Shown one piece after another: positions 17,872 to 25,910 of a stretch of DNA of 32,000 nucleotides. This DNA comes from an uncultured archaeon (GTDB taxonomy: Archaea; Iainarchaeota; Iainarchaeia; Iainarchaeales; JAAZKV01), in NCBI GenBank assembly GCA_964551375.1, contig CAZKBG010000001.1, forward strand, positions 914,136-946,135, read 5' to 3'. Numbering within the stretch: the first letter of the stretch is position 1; every line of letters starts with the position of its first letter. The position numbers were made by a program, and so were the translations under genes. The notes beneath the pieces are model-generated. The model did not search any database. It saw only the letters and a program-made list of their open reading frames with translations, and was not told the DNA's origin.

Positions 17872-17904
17872 ATGGAGAATTAGGATTGTTTAGAGCGTGA
17901 TTTT

Positions 17905-18333
17905 ATGTATGCAGTAATAAGAATCAGAGGAACAGTAAATGTTGGGCCAAAAATCAAAAGAGCACTTGAACACTTAAACCTCAGGAGAATAAACAACCTA
18001 AGCCTTTGGGCAGTTGACAAGAAAACCGAAGGAATGCTTAACATTGTAAAAGACTACGCAACATACGGAAAAATAAACGACGAGACTCTAAAAGAATTAA
18101 TCTCAAAAAGAGCAAGACCTGTTGTAGCAGGCGCAAAAATTGACGCTAAGAAGGCAGTTGAAGAATTAAAAAAAGGAAAAACTCTGGCGCAAGTTGGAAT
18201 AAAAAACTGCTTTACTCTAAGCCCGCCAGCTGGCGGATTTGAAAGAAAGGGAGTAAAAGCTCCTTACTCACTGGGCGGAGCGCTTGGAAACAGAAAAGAA
18301 GAAATAAGCGAAATGATTGTAAAAATGATTTAA
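17905..18333 (+). CDS. rpl30: Ribosomal protein uL30
   Basis: MYAVIRIRGTVNVGPKIKRALEHLNLRRINNLSLWAVDKKTEGMLNIVKDYATYGKINDETL. Confidence 0.95.
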   Translation: MYAVIRIRGTVNVGPKIKRALEHLNLRRINNLSLWAVDKKTEGMLNIVKDYATYGKINDETLKELISKRARPVVAGAKIDAKKAVEELKKGKTLAQVGIKNCFTLSPPAGGFERKGVKAPYSLGGALGNRKEEISEMIVKMI

Positions 18334-18385
18334 TTATTTGGAGAAAAGAAAGGTTATATTTGTTAAGAGCAGTTGGGTGAAAGCA

Positions 18386-18895
18386 ATGGTTGAAAGAAAA
18401 CGAAGAAAGAAAAACAAGCTAAGAGGACAGCGAACAATGGGAGCAGGCAACACCAAAAACCGAAGAGGGGCTGGCTCAAGAGGCGGAAGAGGAAAGTCAG
18501 GAGCAAACAAGCACAACTTTCACACAATCGGAAGACTAAAACCTGCTTTATACAGACTTGGCGCTGAAAAGAAAGGAAAAGAAATCACTCTTGCAAGACT
18601 AGATTTAACACTTGACGATTTAGTAAGCACAGGAAGAGTTGCAAAAGAAGGCGACAAATACATTGTAACAAAGAAATCTGGTTACGCTAAAGTTTTAAGC
18701 CAGGGCGAAGCAACGCACAAAATAGTGCTGAAAATAAACGCCTCAAAGAAAACAATTGATAAAATCAAAAAAGCGGGCGGAAAGTTTGAATTCGCAAAGA
18801 AAGGATTCAAAACTGATGACACTGTATTCAGCGGAGACGAAGCGGATGAAGATCTTGAATTCGAAGAAGCTGAAGGAGAAGTTGAAGAGAAGTAA
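18386..18895 (+). CDS. rpl15: Ribosomal protein uL15 with acidic C-terminal tail
   Basis: VERKRRKKNKLRGQRTMGAGNTKNRRGAGSRGGRGKSGANKHNF. ATG at 18386 preferred over the upstream in-frame start at 18338. Confidence 0.94.
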   Translation: MVERKRRKKNKLRGQRTMGAGNTKNRRGAGSRGGRGKSGANKHNFHTIGRLKPALYRLGAEKKGKEITLARLDLTLDDLVSTGRVAKEGDKYIVTKKSGYAKVLSQGEATHKIVLKINASKKTIDKIKKAGGKFEFAKKGFKTDDTVFSGDEADEDLEFEEAEGEVEEK

Positions 18896-18905
18896 AACTC
18901 TCTTC
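18884..18905 (+). terminator. Possible hairpin spanning the uL15 stop codon
   Basis: GAAGAGA-AGTAAAAC-TCTCTTC 7-bp stem followed by AAAAAATTTTTT. Confidence 0.35.
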
Positions 18906-19039
18906 AAAAAAATTTTTTAAAGCCTTAAAGAGGGGGCTTGAGCATAAATTGGTTTTGGCTGTTCAAAAAATAAGAAGGCTTAAAAACCCATTTACATTAT
19001 TTTAATTAGAAAACATAATTTTTGAAAAAATAATAGCGG

Positions 19040-20425
19040 GTGAATGGATTGGGAGCAATAATTGACACACTTGTAGGAATATCCCAGTACTTGCCTGAAA
19101 TTAAACGCCCGGAAAAAGAAGTAACTTTTAAAACAAAAATGCTCTGGACTCTTGTTGCCCTATTAATCTTTTTCATAATGGCAAAAATAAGGCTTGTAGG
19201 ACTTGATGTGACAAGCCAAAGCGTTCAGCAGATAATTTTCGCGCAAACACTGCTTGCAAGCGAAGTTGGAACAATAATAACAGCAGGAATCGGGCCAATT
19301 GTAATGGCATCAATCTTTTTACAGCTTTTTTCAGGAGCAAAACTAATCAACCTTGACCTTGGAAGCCAGGAAGGAAGAGCAAAATTCCAACAGCTTCAAA
19401 AAATACTTGCAGTAGTATTATGCTTTGTTGAAGGATTCATTTACGTAGCAAGCGGACTATTAACTCCAATCGGCGGAGGAGGAATAATGAACCCAATGAC
19501 ATTATTTTTAACTTTGCAAATAGCCGCAGGCTCGCTGATATTATTATACTTAGACGAAATAGTTTCAAAATACGGAATCGGCTCAGGAGTAAGCTTATTT
19601 ATCGCAGCAGGAGTAACTGGCGGATTATTTTGGGCAACATTATTCCCTCCGATTGAAACAGCGCTTGACCCAGGACTTGCATCAGGAGGAATATTATTCA
19701 GAATGTTTGCGACAGGAGACCCGACATTAATTTTGCCAATAATAGGTGTGATAGCAATTTTCTTAGTAGTTGTATTTGCCGAAGGAATGCATGTAAATAT
19801 TCCAATAACAATGGGCTATAGGGGAACAGGCGGAAGATATCCTGTTAAATTTTTGTACGTAAGCAACATGCCTGTAATTTTAGCAATGGCGCTTTTTATG
19901 AACTTCCAGTTATGGGCATTATTTGTCCAAAAAGTTCCAATCCTTGGGCAAATCCTAAGCGGAATTGCGTGGGCGACAAATGTTCCAAACATCGGCGGAT
20001 TAAGCCTTGTGCACGGACTAATAGTCCAGGGGTTTACTAATGCCGCAATGATTGCAATTGCGCAAGGGATTGTGTTCTTAGCATTATTAATAATCGCATG
20101 TGTTGTATTTGGATGGTTCTGGGTTCAAATGGGAAACCAGAGCACAGGAGCAGTTGCAGCTCAGCTTGAAAGAAGCGGAATGCAGATACCAGGATTTAGA
20201 AGAGACAAGAGAGTTATTGAAAAAGTGCTTGAAAGATACATTCCTCCAATCACAATCCTTGGCTCAATATTTGTTGCATTACTTGCGGGCTTAGGAGACT
20301 TTGTTTTAGCAGGAGTAACAAGCGGAACAGGAATATTACTAACTGTTGGAATCATATACCGTTTCTACGAAGAAATCGCAAAATCACAGCAGGAACTCTT
20401 GGCAAAATACCTTGGAAAAATGTGA
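19040..20425 (+). CDS. secY: Preprotein translocase subunit SecY
   Basis: Multi-TM protein starting LPEIKRPEKEVTFKTKMLWT. Contains GSGVSLFIAAGV and GRYPVKFLYVSNMPVILA. GTG start. Confidence 0.96.
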   Translation: MNGLGAIIDTLVGISQYLPEIKRPEKEVTFKTKMLWTLVALLIFFIMAKIRLVGLDVTSQSVQQIIFAQTLLASEVGTIITAGIGPIVMASIFLQLFSGAKLINLDLGSQEGRAKFQQLQKILAVVLCFVEGFIYVASGLLTPIGGGGIMNPMTLFLTLQIAAGSLILLYLDEIVSKYGIGSGVSLFIAAGVTGGLFWATLFPPIETALDPGLASGGILFRMFATGDPTLILPIIGVIAIFLVVVFAEGMHVNIPITMGYRGTGGRYPVKFLYVSNMPVILAMALFMNFQLWALFVQKVPILGQILSGIAWATNVPNIGGLSLVHGLIVQGFTNAAMIAIAQGIVFLALLIIACVVFGWFWVQMGNQSTGAVAAQLERSGMQIPGFRRDKRVIEKVLERYIPPITILGSIFVALLAGLGDFVLAGVTSGTGILLTVGIIYRFYEEIAKSQQELLAKYLGKM

Positions 20426-20568
20426 ATAAAAGGTAATTAGCAAAGAAATTTGATATTTATAAATAATAATTAGATTTTAGAGGCAATTTTAGGAGGCTTG
20501 ATAAGAGCCTTTTTAAAGGTTGTCTTTAAGAAAATAATTATACTGGTGAGTAAAAAAAGGGTGAATGT

Positions 20569-21084
20569 TTGGTTCCTGCACAGGCAATACTGGCAATTAC
20601 AGTAGGACTTGCTGCAATAACGAAGATTCTCCAGAGGAAATTTGGAAACAGGGAAAAAGTAAAAGAACTCCAGTTGAAGATGAAGGATGATAATAAAAGA
20701 TTTAAAGAATTGTTTAAGGAGGCAGATAAAAACAAGAAAGAGATTGACGAGTTGCAGACGAGAATTTTGCAGACAAATATGGAAATAATGAACTCAACAA
20801 TGAAGTTGAATTTCATAATACTTCCGGTTTTTTTGCTCGCGCTCTGGGGAATGGGTTTTCTATTCACAGGAGTAATTTTTGAATCAATAATTCCGCTGCC
20901 AAGATTTTTAGACTTCTCAATCTGGAGCCCCGGAAGCTGGATACCTGCATGCGTATTTAACGGCGGAGAATGCCTGACAATGCAGACAGGGTATTACAAA
21001 GCTTATTTCTTTTATTATTTGATTGCAACAATTGTATTTGGAATTATTGAAAAAATATATGATATGGCAAAAAAGAGAAAATGA
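20569..21084 (+). CDS. DUF106/EMC3-like (archaeal YidC/Oxa1-type insertase) membrane protein
   Basis: KMKDDNKRFKELFKEADKNKKEIDELQTRILQTNMEIMNSTMKLNFIILPVFLLALW topology and coiled coil. Conserved location next to secY. Apparent TTG start. Confidence 0.85.
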   Translation: MVPAQAILAITVGLAAITKILQRKFGNREKVKELQLKMKDDNKRFKELFKEADKNKKEIDELQTRILQTNMEIMNSTMKLNFIILPVFLLALWGMGFLFTGVIFESIIPLPRFLDFSIWSPGSWIPACVFNGGECLTMQTGYYKAYFFYYLIATIVFGIIEKIYDMAKKRK

Positions 21085-21139
21085 TTTTTAAAATTTGGAA
21101 TTTGAAAAAAATATTTGGATAATATTTATTGGTGATGAA

Positions 21140-21481
21140 ATGGTTGCTCCCGGAAAACGAAGAATGCAGTACAAGAACAAAAAAACAGCTACTGAAACAA
21201 AAAGAGAATACTTCAAGGGAAAGCACAAAAAAATCAAATGCTCAATAACAGGAAAACCATTAGCAGGAGTTCCGCATGAAACAAAAGCAGGACTTTTGGG
21301 AAAAAGCAAGAGCGAAAAGAGACCAACAGCTCCGTTTGGAGGAATACTTTCAGGCGAAGCGAGAGAAGATGTGTTTATTGAACTTGGAAAAGTTGTTGCA
21401 GGCGTTAAAGGAATAGACGATGTTGACGACAAATACAGAAAATATGTAAAACAGGCGATGAAAAGAGCGGATATTAATTAA
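21140..21481 (+). CDS. rpl34e: Ribosomal protein eL34
   Basis: KCSITGKPLAGVPHETKAGLLGKSKSEKRPTAPFGGILS. ATG at 21140 after GGTGATG. Confidence 0.9.
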   Translation: MVAPGKRRMQYKNKKTATETKREYFKGKHKKIKCSITGKPLAGVPHETKAGLLGKSKSEKRPTAPFGGILSGEAREDVFIELGKVVAGVKGIDDVDDKYRKYVKQAMKRADIN

Positions 21482-21507
21482 TTGGATGAATTTTTGAGGA
21501 AAAAGAT

Positions 21508-21729
21508 GTGATAGTTATGGATGTTGGCCAAGTTTGCATAAAAACAAAAGGAAAAGAGGCGGGAAGAACAGTAGTAGTTTTGTCAAAGCCAAAAGAAGGA
21601 AAAGTATTAGTCGACGGGCCAAAAGTAAAGAGAAAAACATGCAATGTTTTGCACTTATTCCCAGTGGGAAAAGAAGTAAAAGTAAAAGAAGAAGCTTCGC
21701 ACGATGAAGTAATGAAGGCTTTGAAGTAA
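21508..21729 (+). CDS. rpl14e: Ribosomal protein eL14
   Basis: DVGQVCIKTKGKEAGRTVVVLSKPKEGKVLVDGPKVKRKTCNVLHLFPVGKEV. Confidence 0.9.
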   Translation: MIVMDVGQVCIKTKGKEAGRTVVVLSKPKEGKVLVDGPKVKRKTCNVLHLFPVGKEVKVKEEASHDEVMKALK

Positions 21730-21760
21730 TTATATTTGGAAATGAATGAGTTGATAAACA

Positions 21761-22276
21761 ATGGCAGCAGCAGAATTTAATTATATAGTACGTGTAATCG
21801 GAAAAGACCTTGACGGCACAAAAAACATAGAAACAAGCCTGCAGGGAATAAAAGGAATAGGGCAGAGAGTTGGCGGGCTAATAGCAACTCAATTTAGAAA
21901 AGAAAACAAAATCGCAAGAGGAAGAAGACTTGGCGAACTAACTAATGAAGAAATAAAGAAACTTGAGGACGTTATACTTGCTCCTGAAAAACACAAACTT
22001 CCTGTGTGGACATTAAACAGACAGAAAGATATTGAAACAGGCGCTGACAAGCACTTGACAATGAACGATTTAGCATTCTCACTAAGAACAGACCTTACAA
22101 ACATGGCTGAAATAAAGTCATACAAAGGACTAAGACACATGTGGGGACTGACAGTAAGAGGACAGAAGACAAAGAGCAAACACAGAGGAAAAGGCGGAAC
22201 TGTTGGTGTAACAAAGAAAGATGTCGGCAAGCCAGCTGCAGGAAAACCTGCGCCAGCTAAGGACGCTAAGAAGTGA
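21761..22276 (+). CDS. rps13: Ribosomal protein uS13
   Basis: [33 protein letters not shown]...[31 protein letters not shown]. Confidence 0.95.
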   Translation: MAAAEFNYIVRVIGKDLDGTKNIETSLQGIKGIGQRVGGLIATQFRKENKIARGRRLGELTNEEIKKLEDVILAPEKHKLPVWTLNRQKDIETGADKHLTMNDLAFSLRTDLTNMAEIKSYKGLRHMWGLTVRGQKTKSKHRGKGGTVGVTKKDVGKPAAGKPAPAKDAKK

Positions 22277-22281
22277 TGATT

Positions 22282-22884
22282 ATGGGTGACCCAAAGAAGA
22301 AACGAAAACAATTTGACAGACCAAGACGATCTTTCCAGAAAGAGAGAATCGAAAAAGAAAGAGACTTAAAGAAAGTATACGGTCTGAAAAACAAAAGAGA
22401 ACTTTACAGATCAGAAACAATCATAAGAACAAAAAGAGGGACTGCAAGAAAGTTACTTGCTTTGGCGCTTGAAAACAGACTTAAGAGAGAAAAAGAACTT
22501 CTTGATTCACTAAAAGTTATGGGAATCTTAAGAGGAACACCATCTCTTGACGATGTGCTTGTACTGACTCCAGAGGCACTACTTGAAAGAAGACTTCAGA
22601 CAATTGTATGGAGAAAAGGAATGGCAAACACTCCAAAGCAGGCAAGACAATTCATTGTACACGGACACGTTCAGATTGACGGAATGAAAGTTGACAAGCC
22701 AAGCTATATAGTTGGAGCTGACGAAGAAGCAAAAATAACATGGCACGGCGACGAAATGATGTTTGAACAGAAGAAACAAAAAGTTTCAAAGAAAGACCAC
22801 GCGAAAGCGGAAAAAGAATCAGAACTAAAGAAACAGTTCGACGAAGCAAAGCCTGTTGAAGCAAAAAAAGAGGCTAAGGAATAA
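22282..22884 (+). CDS. rps4: Ribosomal protein uS4
   Basis: [57 protein letters not shown]. Start at 22276 or 22282. K/E/A-rich C-terminal tail. Confidence 0.94.
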   Translation: MGDPKKKRKQFDRPRRSFQKERIEKERDLKKVYGLKNKRELYRSETIIRTKRGTARKLLALALENRLKREKELLDSLKVMGILRGTPSLDDVLVLTPEALLERRLQTIVWRKGMANTPKQARQFIVHGHVQIDGMKVDKPSYIVGADEEAKITWHGDEMMFEQKKQKVSKKDHAKAEKESELKKQFDEAKPVEAKKEAKE

Positions 22885-22898
22885 TATTTGGTGATGAA

Positions 22899-23288
22899 AT
22901 GGCAGAAAATAGAGGAGTAATCCACATTTATGCAACGCATAACAATACAATGATGCTACTGACAGACTTAACAGGCGCAGAAACAATCTCAAAAGCAACA
23001 GGCGGAATGGAAACAAAAGCACAGCACAAAGAAGGCTCTCCTTACGTTGCAATGAAGTTAGCTGAAAATATTGCAAATGCTGCAAAAGAAAAAGGAATAC
23101 GCGAAGTGTTTGTAAAAGTAAGAGGACACGGCGGAAACAGAAGCCCTTCACCAGGAACAGGCGCAGAAGCAGCAATAAGGTCACTTACAAGAAACGGCCT
23201 AAGAATCGTTTCAATTGAAAACGTAACTCCGCTTCCTCACGATGGGTGCAGAAAGCAGAAGAAATTCAGAGGAAAATCACAGAAGTAA
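22899..23288 (+). CDS. rps11: Ribosomal protein uS11
   Basis: GVIHIYATHNNTMMLLTDLTGAETISKATGGMETKA...SPSPGTGAEAAIRSLTRNGLRIVSIENVTPLPHDGCR. Confidence 0.96.
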   Translation: MAENRGVIHIYATHNNTMMLLTDLTGAETISKATGGMETKAQHKEGSPYVAMKLAENIANAAKEKGIREVFVKVRGHGGNRSPSPGTGAEAAIRSLTRNGLRIVSIENVTPLPHDGCRKQKKFRGKSQK

Positions 23289-23314
23289 ATAAATTAAATT
23301 TAAAGGTGTAAAAA

Positions 23315-24061
23315 ATGGACATAAAAAAAGTTTATGAAAAAGGAACTGTTACAAAATACCTTGTAAAAGGAACTGACGCTTCGTTCATGAACACACTAAG
23401 AAGAACAGTAATGACAAAAGTTCCATGCCTTGCAATAGACCAGATACAAATTTATGAAAATGACTCAGTAATCTTTGATGAGATGCTCGCAAACCGACTT
23501 GGGCTTCTTCCAATCAAAACTGATGTTAAAGGATACAAAAAAGGCGACACAGTAAAATTGGTTTTGGAAAAAACAGGCCCGTGCCTTGTAACAAGCAAAG
23601 ACATAAAATGCACAGACCCAAAAATAGAAATACTTGACAAGAAAATTCCAATTACAAAACTCGGAAAAGAGCAGAATATTAAAATTGAAATGACTGCAGT
23701 AATGAACACTGGAAGCGAGCACGTAAGATTCCAGCCGGCAATTGTTTCATACAACGAGCTTATTGAAGTAATTAACGACAAAAGCTATGACACTAAAGCA
23801 ATTTTAGCAGAAGTTCCAAAAGGAGCAATGGAAGTAAAAGCGGGAAAATTATTCTTCGCTGACCCTTACAACACAGAACAGCAGAACCAGCACCTTGACA
23901 TACTAAGAAAACACGGCGTGAAATTCGAATACAGCAAGACTGACTTTGTATTATCAATAGACTCAACAGGACAAATGACTCCAAGAGAATTACTTGAGAG
24001 CGCAATTGGCCAGTTGACTCTAAATCTTGACGCGCTCGATGAGCAAATCAAGAAGTTATAA
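23315..24061 (+). CDS. rpoD: DNA-directed RNA polymerase subunit D
   Basis: SFMNTLRRTVMTKVPCLAIDQIQIYENDSVIFDEMLANRLGLLPIKTD and C-terminal ESAIGQL. Archaeal RpoD, not a bacterial sigma factor. Confidence 0.95.
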   Translation: MDIKKVYEKGTVTKYLVKGTDASFMNTLRRTVMTKVPCLAIDQIQIYENDSVIFDEMLANRLGLLPIKTDVKGYKKGDTVKLVLEKTGPCLVTSKDIKCTDPKIEILDKKIPITKLGKEQNIKIEMTAVMNTGSEHVRFQPAIVSYNELIEVINDKSYDTKAILAEVPKGAMEVKAGKLFFADPYNTEQQNQHLDILRKHGVKFEYSKTDFVLSIDSTGQMTPRELLESAIGQLTLNLDALDEQIKKL

Positions 24062-24172
24062 GGTTAATGATTCACAAAGTGAATCAAGACCGGCCGAACT
24101 TGACGGCTCAAAGGGGATTAGCCAGAAAAAAGCTAAGCCAAGCTGGGACAAAGTAAAATCGGCATTGGTTAA

Positions 24173-24256
24173 GCAGGGGTTCCCGAGCGGTCAAAGGGGC
24201 AGGACTTAAGATCCTGTGGCTTAGTGCCTTCGCAAGTTCGAATCTTGTCCCCTGCA
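24173..24256 (+). tRNA. tRNA-Leu (anticodon UAA)
   Basis: Acceptor GCAGGGG/CCCCUGC with A discriminator. Anticodon stem CAGGA/UCCUG with loop CUUAAGA. Long variable arm GGC...GCC. T arm GCAAG-UUCGAAU-CUUGU. CCA is not encoded. Confidence 0.93.
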
Positions 24257-24303
24257 TGAATAGTTAGAATGATATTTAGTAATTGAAATTGATGTGATAA
24301 AAA

Positions 24304-24663
24304 ATGGCAAAAAAGTTAGAAACAATAAAGCTCATTGCGAGCCTTGAAAAAGCAGCTAAGTCAACAGAAAGCGCTATATGGGCGGATTTGGCAGAAAGAT
24401 TAGTTAAGCCAACAAGAAATAAAGTAGTGGTTAACCTTGACAAGCTTAATGTAATGGCAAAGAAGAACAAGGGAAAAATACTTCTTGTGCCTGGAAAAGT
24501 TTTAGTTAAAGGCGAACTGACTGAAAAAGCAAAAGTAGTTGCAGTAAACGCTTCAGAAGGCGCAAAAGCAAAAATCGCAGCCAAAGGGGAATTTATTTTA
24601 CTAAAAGATTTCGCAAAAGATGTAAGCAGAGTTAAAGCAAGCGAAATAGTCATAGTAAAGTGA
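24304..24663 (+). CDS. rpl18e: Ribosomal protein eL18
   Basis: WADLAERLVKPTRNKVVVNLDKLNVMAKKNKGKILLVPGKVLVKGELTEKAKVVAVNAS. Confidence 0.92.
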   Translation: MAKKLETIKLIASLEKAAKSTESAIWADLAERLVKPTRNKVVVNLDKLNVMAKKNKGKILLVPGKVLVKGELTEKAKVVAVNASEGAKAKIAAKGEFILLKDFAKDVSRVKASEIVIVK

Positions 24664-24704
24664 TTAAAGCCAAAATGGGGATATGATTTACAAGGTGTTA
24701 TAGT

Positions 24705-25127
24705 ATGATGGTAATAGACGCAAAAGGACTTGTTGCAGGAAGAATAGCAACAAAAGTGGCAAAATCACTAATAAACGGCGAAAGCGTAATAGTTCTAAAT
24801 GCACAAGATGCAGTAATGACAGGAACCAGAAACAGCATAATTGAAAAATTCAAGAGAAGAGTTGACGCAGCAGTAAAGTCAAACCCTCACTACGGACCAA
24901 AATACGCAAGAATTCCTGACAGAATGTTCAGACGAATGGTTAGAAACATGCTTCCAACAACAAAAAGAGCAAAAGAAAGACTGATAAAAAAACTTTCAGT
25001 ATACAACTCAGTTCCAGCAGAGCTTGCAAAAGAAAAAGCAGTTACTTTTGAAATGTTTAAATGCAACGAAAGACACGCATTCATGACATTTAAGGAAATC
25101 GCGCTAGAACTTGGCGGAAGATGGTAA
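24705..25127 (+). CDS. rpl13: Ribosomal protein uL13
   Basis: VIDAKGLVAGRIATKVAKSLINGESVIVLNAQDAVMTG...YGPKYARIPDRMFRRMVRNMLPTTKRAKE. Confidence 0.95.
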   Translation: MMVIDAKGLVAGRIATKVAKSLINGESVIVLNAQDAVMTGTRNSIIEKFKRRVDAAVKSNPHYGPKYARIPDRMFRRMVRNMLPTTKRAKERLIKKLSVYNSVPAELAKEKAVTFEMFKCNERHAFMTFKEIALELGGRW

Positions 25128-25144
25128 TTTTTAAGGTGTAAAAA

Positions 25145-25576
25145 ATGGACGAAGAAAAGAAAGTAAAGCCGGCAGCAAAGAAAGCAGGAATGATTGTTAA
25201 AGCAAAAAAGAAAACTGCTATCGCAAGAGCTGTAATCCGAAAAGGAACAGGCGTAGTAAAAGTAAATTCAATGAATTTGACAGCATACGCAAAAGGGTAC
25301 ATCGGCGCGCTTGTAAGCGAACCAGTAAGACTTGCAGGAGACGCTGCAAAAGAATTTGATATTGACGTTACAGTAAAAGGCTCAGGATTTATGAGCCAGG
25401 CTGTAGCAGTACGATCATGCATTGCAAAAGCTTTAGTAAAAGCAAAAGGCAAGAAGCTAAAAGACACTTTCACAGCATACGACAGATCACTGCTTGTCGA
25501 TGATGTTAGAAGAGTTGAAACAAAGAAGCCGCTTGGAAGAAAAGCGAGAAAGAAAAAGCAGAAAAGCAAGAGATGA
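25145..25576 (+). CDS. rps9: Ribosomal protein uS9
   Basis: KKKTAIARAVIRKGTGVVKVNS...GSGFMSQAVAVRSCIAKALV...YDRSLLVDDVRRVETKKPLGRKARKKKQKSKR. Confidence 0.96.
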   Translation: MDEEKKVKPAAKKAGMIVKAKKKTAIARAVIRKGTGVVKVNSMNLTAYAKGYIGALVSEPVRLAGDAAKEFDIDVTVKGSGFMSQAVAVRSCIAKALVKAKGKKLKDTFTAYDRSLLVDDVRRVETKKPLGRKARKKKQKSKR

Positions 25577-25586
25577 TTGGTTTCAT

Positions 25587-25618
25587 CTTTTGCAAAACAT
25601 TTTTTTGTTTTGCAAGAG
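25587..25618 (+). terminator. Terminator/attenuator-like hairpin between uS9 and rpoN
   Basis: CTTTTGCAAAACA-TTTTTT-TGTTTTGCAAGAG: 13-bp stem with one G-U pair and an all-T loop. Confidence 0.55.
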
Positions 25619-25647
25619 TTGTTTAAATTTATGGAAATGGTGAGGAT

Positions 25648-25842
25648 ATGATTGTTCCAGTAAGATGTTTTTCCTGCGGAAAACCGATAGGCGGAGCGTA
25701 CACCGAGTTTAAAGAAAGGGTGGAAAAAGGCGAAGACGCTGGAAAAGTCCTTGACGACCTTGGCATAAAAAGATACTGCTGCAGAAAAGTGCTGTTAACG
25801 CACGCAGAGTTAGTAGACGATGTAATGAAATACACAAAGTAA
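25648..25842 (+). CDS. rpoN: DNA-directed RNA polymerase subunit N (Rpb10 homolog)
   Basis: [21 protein letters not shown]...[25 protein letters not shown]. Confidence 0.96.
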   Translation: MIVPVRCFSCGKPIGGAYTEFKERVEKGEDAGKVLDDLGIKRYCCRKVLLTHAELVDDVMKYTK

Positions 25843-25910
25843 GGAAATGTAAGAAAAGGGAATGTAAAAAATAAAGAGAATTATTTTTAGTAGCTTGAAA
25901 GAGTGGTAAT

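Noticed and set aside
23315-24061. Annotating rpoD as a sigma factor
   Set aside because: Archaeal gene name rpoD denotes RNAP subunit D. The sequence matches RpoD/Rpb3, not sigma-70.
24027-24209. 60-aa plus-strand ORF overlapping the rpoD 3' end and tRNA-Leu
   Set aside because: Its stop codon is the tRNA anticodon, its only ATGs are inside rpoD, and it has no recognisable similarity. More likely fortuitous, though the spacer itself remains unexplained.
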